From NCBI GenBank assembly GCA_937966555.1, contig CALCLY010000031.1, positions 1,869 to 65,868 of the forward strand: a stretch of DNA of 64,000 nucleotides, written 5' to 3'. Shown piece by piece: positions 38,128 through 47,398 of this stretch (the stretch's first letter is position 1; each line of letters opens with the position of its first letter). The stretch comes from an uncultured Clostridia bacterium (GTDB lineage Bacteria; Bacillota; Clostridia; UMGS1883; UMGS1540). Both the position numbers and the translations under genes were made by a program. Below the pieces are notes generated by a model. That model did no database searches. It saw only the letters and a list, made by a program, of their open reading frames with translations, and was not told the DNA's origin.

Positions 38128-38274
38128 TATAAACCCAAAATTAAAGGTTCTCTGCCCGCAGACAAAGAACCTCTTAAAATCTTCAGAAGTATCCCTCGGC
38201 AGGATTTATTCTTGTACCTGCTGTCTGCGGAACGAGAGTATTATATCATAATATAAATAGTTTGTCAAGTAAAA
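38128..38274 (-). promoter_or_regulatory. rplJ-rplL promoter (TTGACA-N17-TATAAT on the - strand near 38262-38234) and structured L10-leader-type 5' UTR
   Basis: - strand: cTTGACAaactatttatattatgaTATAAT, followed by ~110 nt containing a long stem (GUUCUUUGUCUGCGGGCAGAGAACC). Position and structure fit the autoregulatory L10 leader of Firmicutes; not verified against a covariance model. Confidence 0.45.
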
Positions 38275-38970
38275 TCAGCCAACAAATTTTGCGCCGTTTA
38301 CTTTCACGCCCGGTCCCATTGTGGATGCAACCGCAACGCTCTTTAAATACTGACCCTTAGCTGCCGAAGGTTTAGCCTTAACGATAGCGTTCATAAGAGT
38401 TGTAAAGTTATCTACAAGCTTTTCATCTCCGAAAGAAACCTTTCCGATGGGGCAGTGAATAATGTTTGTTTTGTCAAGACGGTATTCAATTTTACCGGCT
38501 TTAATATCCTGTACGGCACGTGTTACGTCCATTGTAACCGTTCCCGCCTTGGGGTTAGGCATAAGACCTTTAGGTCCGAGCACACGGCCTATACGACCTA
38601 CAAGACCCATCATATCGGGTGTTGCCACTACAACGTCAAAATCAAACCAGTTTTCAGACTGAATTTTCTGTACAAGCTCTTCAGCTCCTACAAAATCCGC
38701 ACCGGCAGCCTCAGCTTCCGTTGCTTTTTCGCCTTTCGCGAAAACCAAAACTCTGATTTTTTTACCTGTTCCGTGGGGCAGTACAACCGCACCTCTAACC
38801 TGCTGATCCGCGTGACGCGAGTCAACACCGAGTTTGATATGTGCTTCAACTGTTTCGTCAAATTTAGCTTTTGACGCGCTTATAACGAGTTTCATTGCTT
38901 CGGAAGCATCATAAAGCTGCGATCTGTCGATGAGCTTTGCGCTTTCGATGTAATTCTTACCTCTTTTCAA
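38275..38970 (-). CDS. rplA: 50S ribosomal protein L1
   Basis: [29 protein letters not shown]...; 231 aa. Confidence 0.95.
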   Translation of the reverse strand: MKRGKNYIESAKLIDRSQLYDASEAMKLVISASKAKFDETVEAHIKLGVDSRHADQQVRGAVVLPHGTGKKIRVLVFAKGEKATEAEAAGADFVGAEELVQKIQSENWFDFDVVVATPDMMGLVGRIGRVLGPKGLMPNPKAGTVTMDVTRAVQDIKAGKIEYRLDKTNIIHCPIGKVSFGDEKLVDNFTTLMNAIVKAKPSAAKGQYLKSVAVASTMGPGVKVNGAKFVG

Positions 38971-39017
38971 TTAAAAAACCTCCTTGTGGTAAGCGGATTA
39001 AAAATCCTCCCACTTGC

Positions 39018-39443
39018 TTAATCTTCAACAACAATACCCATACTTCTTGCCGTACCTGCAATCATGCTGATAGCAGAATCAATGTTAGCGGCATTCAAAT
39101 CGGGCATTTTAAGCTCAGCTATTTCTTTAAGCTGTGCACGGGTAACGGTTGCAACCTTTGTCTTATTCGGTACACCGGAACCGCTGTCGATTTTGCAGGC
39201 CTTTTTGAGCAGTACCGCTGCAGGCGGAGTCTTTGTTATAAAAGTGAAAGATCTATCCGCATAAACGGTAATAACTACCGGGATAATAAGTCCTGCATCT
39301 TTTGCTGTTTTTTCGTTAAATTCCTTGGTAAACTGTACAATGTTAACACCATACTGACCGAGTGCAGGACCTACCGGGGGTGCCGGCGTAGCTTTACCTG
39401 CAGGAATTTGCAGTTTTATATAACCTGTGATTTTCTGTGCCAT
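39018..39443 (-). CDS. rplK: 50S ribosomal protein L11
   Basis: [43 protein letters not shown]. Confidence 0.95.
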   Translation of the reverse strand: MAQKITGYIKLQIPAGKATPAPPVGPALGQYGVNIVQFTKEFNEKTAKDAGLIIPVVITVYADRSFTFITKTPPAAVLLKKACKIDSGSGVPNKTKVATVTRAQLKEIAELKMPDLNAANIDSAISMIAGTARSMGIVVED

Positions 39444-39554
39444 TGTGTGTTACACCTCCTTGCCATAATTGTGGTAATTGGCGAGCCTTAAAGCTCTCCC
39501 ACCCGCAGTGCTTTCCTGATGCACCGCGTTTTCTATAACAAACCCAAAGGTTTA

Positions 39555-40094
39555 TTATCTTAAAACTTCCACCTGATGGAACTCAAGTTCCACCGGCGTT
39601 TCTCTGCCAAACATTGAAACACATACACGCAGCTTTTGCTTTTCGAGGTTTATTTCTTCAACAACCCCTATAAAGCTTTCAAGCGGGCCGTAAGTAATGC
39701 GGACATTGTCTCCTACTTCAAAGTCGACTTTCACAACACGCGTTTCAACGCCCATTTTCTCAACTTCCGCTTCCGAAAGCGGAACCGGTTTTGAGCCGGG
39801 ACCGACAAAGCCCGTTACGCCGCGCGTATTACGCACAACATACCAGCTTTCGTCCGTCATCTGCATTTTTATAAACACATAACCCGGATATATTTTGCGT
39901 GAAACAACTTTCTGAGAAACCGCGCCGCTTTCTTCGTCAGTTTTATTTTCAACAACTTCCTCCATGGGAACCTTGATATCAACAAACAAATCCTGCATTC
40001 CGCGATTTTCAATTGTCTTTTCAATGTTGGCTTTAACCTTGTTTTCGTAACCGGAGTACGTGTGAGCCACGTACCATTTTGCATTCACAGCCAT
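39555..40094 (-). CDS. nusG: Transcription termination/antitermination factor NusG
   Basis: KWYVAHTYSGYENKVKANIEKTIE NGN domain and C-terminal KOW (GDNVRITYGPLESFIGVVEEIN). Confidence 0.95.
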   Translation of the reverse strand: MAVNAKWYVAHTYSGYENKVKANIEKTIENRGMQDLFVDIKVPMEEVVENKTDEESGAVSQKVVSRKIYPGYVFIKMQMTDESWYVVRNTRGVTGFVGPGSKPVPLSEAEVEKMGVETRVVKVDFEVGDNVRITYGPLESFIGVVEEINLEKQKLRVCVSMFGRETPVELEFHQVEVLR

Positions 40095-40136
40095 AATTCC
40101 AAGGAACCGTGGTTCCTCCTCCTTCTCAAGATATTG

Positions 40137-40343
40137 TTATTTGGAAATAATTTGTTTTACTCCCCAGCCGAAAACGGCGTCAAGCACCCAAATAATTATG
40201 CCGATAAAAATAACGCATGCCAAAACAACAACGGTATTGTTCTTTATCTGATCCCATGTGGGCCAAACAACCTTCTTGAGTTCAACTTTTATCTCTCTGA
40301 AAAATTTTGCAATTTTTGCAAAGAACTTGCCGATTGCTTTCAT
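40137..40343 (-). CDS. secE: Preprotein translocase subunit SecE
   Basis: 68-aa single-TM protein KFFREIKVELKKVVWPTWDQIKNNTVVVLACVIFIGIIIWVLD, upstream of nusG. Confidence 0.85.
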   Translation of the reverse strand: MKAIGKFFAKIAKFFREIKVELKKVVWPTWDQIKNNTVVVLACVIFIGIIIWVLDAVFGWGVKQIISK

Positions 40344-40376
40344 ATCGCTCCACTCCTAAACTCTGAATAATCTGAA

Positions 40377-40526
40377 TTATTTTGTTTCTCTGTGCAGAGT
40401 GTGTTTTCTGCAGAACCTGCAGTACTTTTTCATTTCCAAACGGTCGGGGCTGTTTTTCTTGTTCTTCATAGTATTATAATTGCGCTGTTTGCACTCTGAA
40501 CAAGCCAATGTAATTTTAACTCTCAT
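40377..40526 (-). CDS. rpmG: 50S ribosomal protein L33 (ATG 40526 after RBS AGGAGGTG)
   Basis: [49 protein letters not shown] with four Cys zinc ribbon. Confidence 0.9.
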   Translation of the reverse strand: MRVKITLACSECKQRNYNTMKNKKNSPDRLEMKKYCRFCRKHTLHRETK

Positions 40527-40584
40527 AATGACACCTCCTATTTTTTCACACACAAAAAAAGACTTCTGTAAGAAGTACAACCAT

Positions 40585-40625
40585 TGTAACACATAACGTC
40601 AAAAAAGTCAATGGTTTTTTTCACT
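40585..40625 (-). promoter_or_regulatory. Candidate promoter for rpmG-secE-nusG-rplKA (TTGACT-N16/17-TACAAT), followed by a short hairpin ACTTCTTACAGAAGT + U7 in the leader
   Basis: - strand: cattgacttttttgacgttatgtgTTACAATggttgtACTTCTtacAGAAGTctttttttgtg. The short hairpin + U-tract may act as a leader attenuator. Confidence 0.35.
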
Positions 40626-40665
40626 TTTTTATATTATTTATCATTTTATGTATATTCCGAGCGGA

Positions 40666-41457
40666 TTATTTCTTTATATAGAGCATACCAACAAGCTTAT
40701 TAACCGTCCGGCACGGGAGCACTTTAAAAAGAAAGTCGAAAAATTTATATTTTAAACCGGGTGTGTAAAGCGGCTTAACTTTTTTCTTTTCCGCAATCTT
40801 TTTTATAAATGCGGCTATATCTTCCGGAGCCTCCCCGTTTTTCTCGTCATGTTCCATTACGGCAACGGACTTTTGAATTGTTCCTCCGTACAAGCTCTCT
40901 CCGTCATCGTTTTTTATTCTTGCGGCGGTAAAACCCGTTTTAACGTCCCCGGGAGTTACCGCGCATACACTCACGCCGAATCTTGCCGCCTCATTTGCAA
41001 GGCAAAGCGTAAGTGAGTTGACAGCCGATTTTGACGCCGAATAAAACCCCTGATACGGAATTGAAAAACGCGCCGCCTCGGAGCTTACGTTGATAATTCT
41101 GCCGTGGGTATTTCTAAGCAGCGGCAGTGCATATTTCGCAGTCAGAAATGTTCCGTAAAAGTTAACGTCAAAAATGGATTTCGCATCCGACAGGTTTGTA
41201 AACTCAATGGCGCCCGATATTCCGTAACCCGCGCAATTTACAAGCAAATCAAGTTTCCCCTCTTTGAGCTTTATTTCTTCAAAAGCCGTTTTAACCGAAA
41301 TTTCGTCCGATACATCCGTTTTTATATTGCAAACTCCTTCGGCACATGATGACCTGCGGCTTAAATTATAAACAGTAAATTCACGGCTTAAAAGTTTTGC
41401 CAGGGCACTCCCTATTCCGCCCGAAGCGCCCGTTATTGCTGCTGTTTTCTTATTCAT
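40666..41457 (-). CDS. SDR-family oxidoreductase (candidate 3-keto-amine / 3-ketosphinganine-type reductase), translationally coupled to the upstream alpha-oxoamine synthase
   Basis: TAAITGASGGIGSALAKLL Rossmann motif; 263 aa. Start overlaps the stop of the upstream gene by 8 nt. Confidence 0.75.
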   Translation of the reverse strand: MNKKTAAITGASGGIGSALAKLLSREFTVYNLSRRSSCAEGVCNIKTDVSDEISVKTAFEEIKLKEGKLDLLVNCAGYGISGAIEFTNLSDAKSIFDVNFYGTFLTAKYALPLLRNTHGRIINVSSEAARFSIPYQGFYSASKSAVNSLTLCLANEAARFGVSVCAVTPGDVKTGFTAARIKNDDGESLYGGTIQKSVAVMEHDEKNGEAPEDIAAFIKKIAEKKKVKPLYTPGLKYKFFDFLFKVLPCRTVNKLVGMLYIKK

Positions 41458-42625
41458 ACTCCGAAAGCACTTCCTTAATAATGTCCATCGCCTCGTCCAA
41501 AAGCTGCTCGGTATGAGTTGCCATAAGACTTGTCCTTATCAGGCATTCCGAAGGAGCAGTAGCCGGCGGCAGCACCGGATTTACATAAACACCTTTTTCA
41601 AATAATTTTTTTGAGATTTCAAGTGTTTTAATATCATTATATGTATAAATCGGAATTATAGGTGCTGCGGAATCTTTTATTTTTATGCCGCGCGCCTTAA
41701 GCCCGTTTCTCATATAATCCGCCAGCGAAAGAAGACGCGAAACGCGTTCCGGTTCATGCTTTATAATCTCAAGGGATTTTCTTGCCGCCGCACAGTTTCC
41801 GGGAGGAATGGACGCAGAAAAAATAAATGATCTTGCCGAATGTCTGAGGTATTCTATTATTCTTTCGGATGCCACGGCATATCCGCCAAGGCTTGCAAGA
41901 GATTTGCTGAATGTTCCCATAATAATGTCAACTTCATCAGTAAGTCCGAAATGACTTGCCGTTCCTCTTCCGCCCTTGCCTATAACGCCGAGTCCGTGCG
42001 CATCGTCAACCATGACTCCGGCATCAAATTCGCGCGCTATTTCAACAATATCGGGCAGCTTGCATATATCGCCGCTCATGCTGAAAACACCGTCCGTCAC
42101 AATAAGCTTACCTGCTTTTTCGGGTATCTCTTTAAGCTTTTTTCTCAAATCGTCCATGTCGCTGTGCTTATATCTCACGGCGTTTGCATAGCTTAATTTA
42201 CAGCCGTCATATATGCTTGCATGGTTTTCCTTATCGTTTATAATATAATCATGTCTTGCCGTTATACCGCTTATGATACCGAGGTTTGACTGATATCCCG
42301 TTGAAAACGTCATTGCGGATTCCTTGCCGAGAAAATCAGCAAGTTCGTGTTCAAGCTTTATGTGCATATCAAGCGTGCCGTTTAAAAACCTTGAACCGCT
42401 GCATCCGGTTCCGTATTGTTTAACGGCATTTTCCGCCGCTTCCATGACCTCCGGGTGTACCGTAAGACCGAGATAGTTATTTGAGCCTAGCATTATTTTG
42501 CGTCCGCCCTCCATCATAACCTCAACATCCTGTCTCGATTCAAGCTCGTGAAAATAAGGATATATTCCCTTCTCTTTGTATTCGCGCGCCACGCTTGCCG
42601 CATCGCATTTATCAAACAAAGACAT
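41450..42625 (-). CDS. Serine-palmitoyltransferase-like alpha-oxoamine synthase (PLP-dependent, 391 aa; ATG 42625 after RBS AAGGAGT)
   Basis: By recalled sequence, closest to bacterial SPT rather than Kbl/BioF: GSRFLNGTLDMHIKLEHELADFLGKESAMTFSTGYQSNLGIISGI, NHASIYDGC, PLP-lysine motif MGTFSKSLASLGGY, YVNPVLPPATAPSECLIRTSL. Confidence 0.75.
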   Translation of the reverse strand: MSLFDKCDAASVAREYKEKGIYPYFHELESRQDVEVMMEGGRKIMLGSNNYLGLTVHPEVMEAAENAVKQYGTGCSGSRFLNGTLDMHIKLEHELADFLGKESAMTFSTGYQSNLGIISGITARHDYIINDKENHASIYDGCKLSYANAVRYKHSDMDDLRKKLKEIPEKAGKLIVTDGVFSMSGDICKLPDIVEIAREFDAGVMVDDAHGLGVIGKGGRGTASHFGLTDEVDIIMGTFSKSLASLGGYAVASERIIEYLRHSARSFIFSASIPPGNCAAARKSLEIIKHEPERVSRLLSLADYMRNGLKARGIKIKDSAAPIIPIYTYNDIKTLEISKKLFEKGVYVNPVLPPATAPSECLIRTSLMATHTEQLLDEAMDIIKEVLSEYE

Positions 42626-42789
42626 TGCTTTTACTCCTTTAAATGAAAATATGTATAAATTATACACTTAATTTTAAAAAAATGCAAGCATTATTTAATT
42701 TATCCTTTTTATAAATTCCAAATCCGTTGATTTAATATGAATTTTGATATATAATAAATAAATAGAACTTTTGAAAGGACTGTGATTTT

Positions 42790-43269
42790 ATGAATGAGCT
42801 CCTTGAGCTTTTGGAAAAAAACTCTTCTTACTCGACAGAGCAGCTTGCCGTGATGCTTAATATGACAAAAGACGATATTGAAAGCGCAATAAAAAAATAC
42901 AAGGAAGACGGGATAATTATTGCCGAAAAAGCTCTTATCGACTGGGAAAAAGCCGGTTCGCAGAAGGTCACCGCCTTCATTGAGCTTAAAATTACGCCTC
43001 AATACGGCCTGGGCTTTGACAAGATTGCCGAGCGGCTGTATGAATATGACGAAATAAAAACAATCTGGCTTATGTCGGGCGCCTTTGACCTTGCTCTTAT
43101 AATAGAAGGGAAAACCATGAAGGAGGTTGCGCTTTTTGTTGCCGAAACGCTCGCTCCCATGGAACAGGTTTTAAGCACCTCCACAAGCTTTGTTCTTAAG
43201 ACCTACAAAGACTGCGGATTTGTTTTCAAACCGCAGAAGAAAGACGAAAGAGGTTTTGTTTCGCTATGA
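42790..43269 (+). CDS. Lrp/AsnC-family transcriptional regulator
   Basis: N-terminal HTH (ELLELLEKNSSYSTEQLAVMLNMTKDDIESAIKKYKEDGII) and C-terminal RAM domain. Divergent from the SPT-like operon. Confidence 0.85.
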   Translation: MNELLELLEKNSSYSTEQLAVMLNMTKDDIESAIKKYKEDGIIIAEKALIDWEKAGSQKVTAFIELKITPQYGLGFDKIAERLYEYDEIKTIWLMSGAFDLALIIEGKTMKEVALFVAETLAPMEQVLSTSTSFVLKTYKDCGFVFKPQKKDERGFVSL

Positions 43270-44435
43270 TAGACACTAAAAAGCTTATAAACGAAAAAGT
43301 GGCTGCCATTCCCCCGTCAGGGATACGCAGATTCTTTGATATAGCCGCAGAAATGAAAGACGCAATATCTCTCGGCGTGGGAGAGCCGGACTTTGTAACG
43401 CCATGGCATATAAGAGACGCCGGAATACGCGCTTTGCGCGACGGTCACACATACTATACATCAAACAGCGGTCTCTCTGAATTGAGGCAGGAAATTGCCG
43501 CTTATCTTGAGCGCCGCTTTTCACTAAGCTACCGACCCGACGGCGAAATTCTCGTAACTGTCGGCGGAAGCGAGGCAATCGACCTGCTTTTGCGAACCGT
43601 TATATCAGAAGGTGACGAAGTTTTAATACCGGAGCCGTCTTTTGTTTGTTATTCTCCGTGCACGCGCCTTGCCGGCGGAACTCCCGTTCCGATAGTAACG
43701 CGCGAAGAAGATGAATTTCGCTTAACCGCAAAAGCTCTGAAGGACGCTATAACTCCGCGCACAAAACTTCTTATACTGCCTTTCCCGAACAATCCCACAG
43801 GAGCAATAATGCCTCGAAAAAGCCTTGAAGAAATAGCCGATGTGTTAAAAGATACGAACATCCTTGTTATGAGTGATGAAATTTATGCCGAGCTTACTTA
43901 CGAAGGAAGACATATTTCCATCGCCAAAATCCCCGGCATGCAGGAGCGCACCGTACTTGTAAGCGGCTTTTCAAAAGCATATGCCATGACCGGATGGAGA
44001 CTCGGCTATGCCTGCGGCCCCGCCCCGCTGGTTGCCGCAATGACAAAAATTCACCAGTTTGGCATAATGAGCGCTCCGACAACGAGTCAGTATGCGGCAA
44101 TAGAAGCCATGCGGCGCGGAGATAATGATATCGAATCCATGAAACGCGAATATAATTACCGCAGACGTGTAATAGTTGACGGATTCCGCTCCATGGGGCT
44201 TTCGTGCTTTGAACCGCGCGGCGCATTTTATGTTTTTCCTTCCATCAAACGGACCGGTATGAAATCCCTTGAATTTGCGGAAAAACTTCTCATGAGCGAA
44301 AAAATTGCCGTTGTACCGGGCGACGCTTTCGGTGAAAGCGGAGAAGGCTTCATAAGATGCTCTTATGCATATTCAATTGACAGTATAAATGAGGCTCTGA
44401 GCAGAATAGAACACTTTGTGAAAAAAAACTTATAA
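43266..44435 (+). CDS. Class I/II PLP-dependent aminotransferase (aspartate/aromatic aminotransferase-like)
   Basis: SFSKAYAMTGWRLGY (PLP-Lys), ...NNPTGA...; 389 aa. Start overlaps the Lrp stop by 4 nt. Confidence 0.85.
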   Translation: MIDTKKLINEKVAAIPPSGIRRFFDIAAEMKDAISLGVGEPDFVTPWHIRDAGIRALRDGHTYYTSNSGLSELRQEIAAYLERRFSLSYRPDGEILVTVGGSEAIDLLLRTVISEGDEVLIPEPSFVCYSPCTRLAGGTPVPIVTREEDEFRLTAKALKDAITPRTKLLILPFPNNPTGAIMPRKSLEEIADVLKDTNILVMSDEIYAELTYEGRHISIAKIPGMQERTVLVSGFSKAYAMTGWRLGYACGPAPLVAAMTKIHQFGIMSAPTTSQYAAIEAMRRGDNDIESMKREYNYRRRVIVDGFRSMGLSCFEPRGAFYVFPSIKRTGMKSLEFAEKLLMSEKIAVVPGDAFGESGEGFIRCSYAYSIDSINEALSRIEHFVKKNL

Positions 44436-44441
44436 TATCAA

Positions 44442-44486
44442 AACACTTCGAAAACAGATACTTGCAGTTTCCGAAGTGTTTTTTGT
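44442..44486. terminator. Bidirectional terminator (CACTTCGAAAAC...GTTTCCGAAGTG + T6) between aminotransferase and mgtE
   Basis: Hairpin then TTTTTTG on the + strand; A-run on the other side. Confidence 0.65.
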
Positions 44487-44496
44487 TATTGTTAAA

Positions 44497-45831
44497 TTAT
44501 AATCCCATAAATGCTTTTGCAACCGCAAAATAAATGGAAAGTGCACACGCGTCAACAATTGTCGTTATAATGGGAGACGCAGCAACCGCCGGATCGAGTC
44601 CGACTTTTTTAACGGCTATCGGCAAAAGACAGCCGATTGACTGCGCTATTATTACCGTTGCGTAAAGGCTGAGCGAAACGGTGACGGAAAGCCTGATATT
44701 TCCGCCGTTTAAAAAATAAGTTTTTAATATGCTTACAGCTGCCAGTGCGGCGCCGAGAATGAGTGATACGGCTATTTCGTGCCACCATACACGCAGCACG
44801 TCGCGGCCTTCAATCTCACCAAGCGCCATACCGCGTATAATAAGCGTAGATGTCTGTGAACCGGAATTACCGCCCGTATCCATAAGCATGGGAATAAACG
44901 CGACAAGCACAGGAATCACCTTAAAAGCGTCTTCAAAACTTGAAATTATTGCCCCCGTAAACGTTGCCGAAATCATAAGCACCATAAGCCACACAATACG
45001 GTGCTTTGCATGCTCGAAAATACTTGTCTTAAGGTACGGACGTTCAGACGGCATAATAGCTGCCATTTTTTCAAAATCCTCGGTATTTTCTTCTTCCATA
45101 ACGTCCATAGCATCGTCAAACGTTACAATGCCGACAAGACGTTTCTCTTTATCCACCACGGGAAGCGACATGAAATCGTATTTATGGAAAATATGCGCTA
45201 CATCTTCTTTGTCTTCATCCGTTGTTGCATATATAATATTCGTATCCATAATATCGCCGACAATATCGGAAGGCGCAGCCAAAAGCAAATCCTTTACCGT
45301 TATAACACCTTCCAGAACTCTGTTGGCATCAATAACGTAACACGTATAAATCGTTTCTTTGTCAACACCGGTTTTTCTGATATGTTCGAAAGCTTTTTCG
45401 ACAGTCATTTCCTTTTTAAGGTCAACAAATTCTATTGTCATAATACTGCCTGCAGAATCTTCTTTATACTGAAGAAATCTGTTTATAAGGCTTCGTTTCT
45501 CACCGAATGTATTTGCAAGCACTTTTTTTACAACGCTTGCCGGCATTTCTTCTATAAGGTCGACCGTATCGTCAAGAAACAACTCGTCAATAATACCGGA
45601 AAGTTCTCTGTCGGTCATGGATTCAACAATATTTTTCTGCGCTTCGCTTGACATATAACTGAATGTTTCTGCCGCAACTTCCTTGGGAAGAAGCCTGAAA
45701 ACACGTATAACGTCTTCTTCATCAAGTTCTTCAAACATTTGTGCAATATCAACAGGATTTGCATCGCTCAAAAGCTTTCTTATTTCGGCAAATTTTCTGC
45801 CGGTCAAAAGCTCACTTATTTTTTCGTACAA
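44497..45831 (-). CDS. mgtE: Magnesium transporter MgtE
   Basis: N-domain, tandem CBS domains, C-terminal 5-TM MgtE channel domain (GNSGSQTSTLIIRGMALGEI); TTG start with a GGGGG RBS. Confidence 0.9.
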   Translation of the reverse strand: MYEKISELLTGRKFAEIRKLLSDANPVDIAQMFEELDEEDVIRVFRLLPKEVAAETFSYMSSEAQKNIVESMTDRELSGIIDELFLDDTVDLIEEMPASVVKKVLANTFGEKRSLINRFLQYKEDSAGSIMTIEFVDLKKEMTVEKAFEHIRKTGVDKETIYTCYVIDANRVLEGVITVKDLLLAAPSDIVGDIMDTNIIYATTDEDKEDVAHIFHKYDFMSLPVVDKEKRLVGIVTFDDAMDVMEEENTEDFEKMAAIMPSERPYLKTSIFEHAKHRIVWLMVLMISATFTGAIISSFEDAFKVIPVLVAFIPMLMDTGGNSGSQTSTLIIRGMALGEIEGRDVLRVWWHEIAVSLILGAALAAVSILKTYFLNGGNIRLSVTVSLSLYATVIIAQSIGCLLPIAVKKVGLDPAVAASPIITTIVDACALSIYFAVAKAFMGL

Positions 45832-46083
45832 AAAAAAGACCCCCTTCTTAAATAAAGAGCGGTCTCAATTTATCAGGGAACATCAAATAATGAACCGCTC
45901 AATAATATTTTTCTTGCTACTTCGCCCCGGATGAGCGTCCATTATCCGTCACTTCCTTTTAAAAAATTTCACTATTATTTTACTCCAAAAAATCAATTTT
46001 GTAAATACCTTTTTTATTTTTTACAAAAAAATGTTTCCGGAAAAACAAAATTTCCCGGAAACACATCTGAATTTTTAAAATTA

Positions 46084-47247
46084 TTAAAAGCATTCTTTTA
46101 ATACATTTAATATATCCTCGGCGTTCATTTTCTTGTATCCGCCGCCCAAAACCGTTGAATTTGCAATTTTCGGAAGCATCTCTTCCGTAGCTCCGAGTTC
46201 GCGCAGAGTGCTCGGCATACCGATTGATTTTATAAAGTCAGCCAGCTTTTCAATTCCGGCTTCGGCTGCTTTCTCTCCACTCATACCGCTTGTATCGATT
46301 CCCCATACATTCTTTGCAAAACGTGCAAATTTCTCGATTCCGTACGGGCAAATATATTTATAATACGGAACAGAAATTGCCGCAAGTCCTGCGCCGTGTG
46401 CACAGTCCGTATATGCTCCGAGCTGATGCTCAATCATATGCACTTCCCAGTCCTGCTCTTTTGAAAGCCCGGTTATTGTATTCAAACCAATTGTCGCACA
46501 CCACATTATATTGCTTCTTGCTTCGTAATCTTTCGGATTCTTTACCGCTTTTGCCGCACTGTGTATAAGCGAACGCATAACTCCCTCGAGAATATAATCG
46601 GTAGTATTGTCATCCGTACCTGAAAAATACTGTTCCATAAGGTGTGACATTGTGTCGAATATACCGCTTGCCATCTGATATTCCGGCACGGTAAATGTGT
46701 ATTCGGGATTTAATATTGAAAATTTGGGGTTTACTTCCGCCGGGAAAACTCTTCCGTTTTTAATCATTGCGTCCTCATTTGTTATAACCGAGCCGCCGTT
46801 CATTTCGGAGCCGGTGCCCGCCATTGTCAGAACCGCTCCCACGGGAACAATTTTGTTATCAATATTTTCAAAATCAATCCAGTATTTTTTCCACGGATCT
46901 CCTACGCAGTATGCCGAAACCGAAATTCCTTTTGAACAGTCTATAACCGAACCGCCGCCAACTGCCAAAATCAGATCAACGTTATTTTCACGAACCAGAC
47001 GTGCCCCCTCGAGAAGCTGCGCGTATGTCGGGTTTGATTTGATACCCGCAAGTTCTGTTACTTTTTTTCCGCAATCTTTTAAAATTCCTATAATTTCATC
47101 ATAAAGTCCGCTTTTTTTCACAGAGCCTTTTCCGTATACCAAGAGTACATTTTCACCGTATTCCGAAACCTCCGAAGCAAGGCTTGACAGAGCATTTTTT
47201 CCGAAATGAATCCTGGTAGGGTTAAAATAAGTGAAATCATACTTCAT
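46084..47247 (-). CDS. Iron-containing (group III) alcohol dehydrogenase
   Basis: Fe-ADH signatures GGGSVIDCSKGI, ...HxxxH metal site (HMIEHQLGAYTDCAHGAGLA); 387 aa. Confidence 0.85.
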   Translation of the reverse strand: MKYDFTYFNPTRIHFGKNALSSLASEVSEYGENVLLVYGKGSVKKSGLYDEIIGILKDCGKKVTELAGIKSNPTYAQLLEGARLVRENNVDLILAVGGGSVIDCSKGISVSAYCVGDPWKKYWIDFENIDNKIVPVGAVLTMAGTGSEMNGGSVITNEDAMIKNGRVFPAEVNPKFSILNPEYTFTVPEYQMASGIFDTMSHLMEQYFSGTDDNTTDYILEGVMRSLIHSAAKAVKNPKDYEARSNIMWCATIGLNTITGLSKEQDWEVHMIEHQLGAYTDCAHGAGLAAISVPYYKYICPYGIEKFARFAKNVWGIDTSGMSGEKAAEAGIEKLADFIKSIGMPSTLRELGATEEMLPKIANSTVLGGGYKKMNAEDILNVLKECF

Positions 47248-47317
47248 AATTTAATCAGTTCCTTTCTGCAATTAATTGACAAATAAGGTTTTTTGTGTTA
47301 CAATAAATTTGTCTCTT

Positions 47318-47367
47318 TATTGAATACATATATATTTTACAACTTAAAGTTAACTTTAAGTCAAGAC
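47318..47367 (-). promoter_or_regulatory. MerR-type divergent promoter: perfect 20-bp palindrome ACTTAAAGTTAACTTTAAGT (47342-47361) inside a TTGACT-N19-TAAAAT promoter reading toward the Fe-ADH gene
   Basis: - strand: cTTGACTtaaagttaactttaagttgTAAAATatatatg. A 19-bp spacer containing a dyad is the hallmark of MerR-family activated promoters. Confidence 0.45.
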
Positions 47368-47398
47368 TTTTTTGAAAATTTCGGGAGATTAAATTACA

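Noticed and set aside
45832-46083. Full-length M-box riboswitch upstream of mgtE
   Set aside because: Only a short 3' segment resembles M-box sequence and the 5' half is AT-rich without the conserved helices. Kept only as a low-confidence observation.
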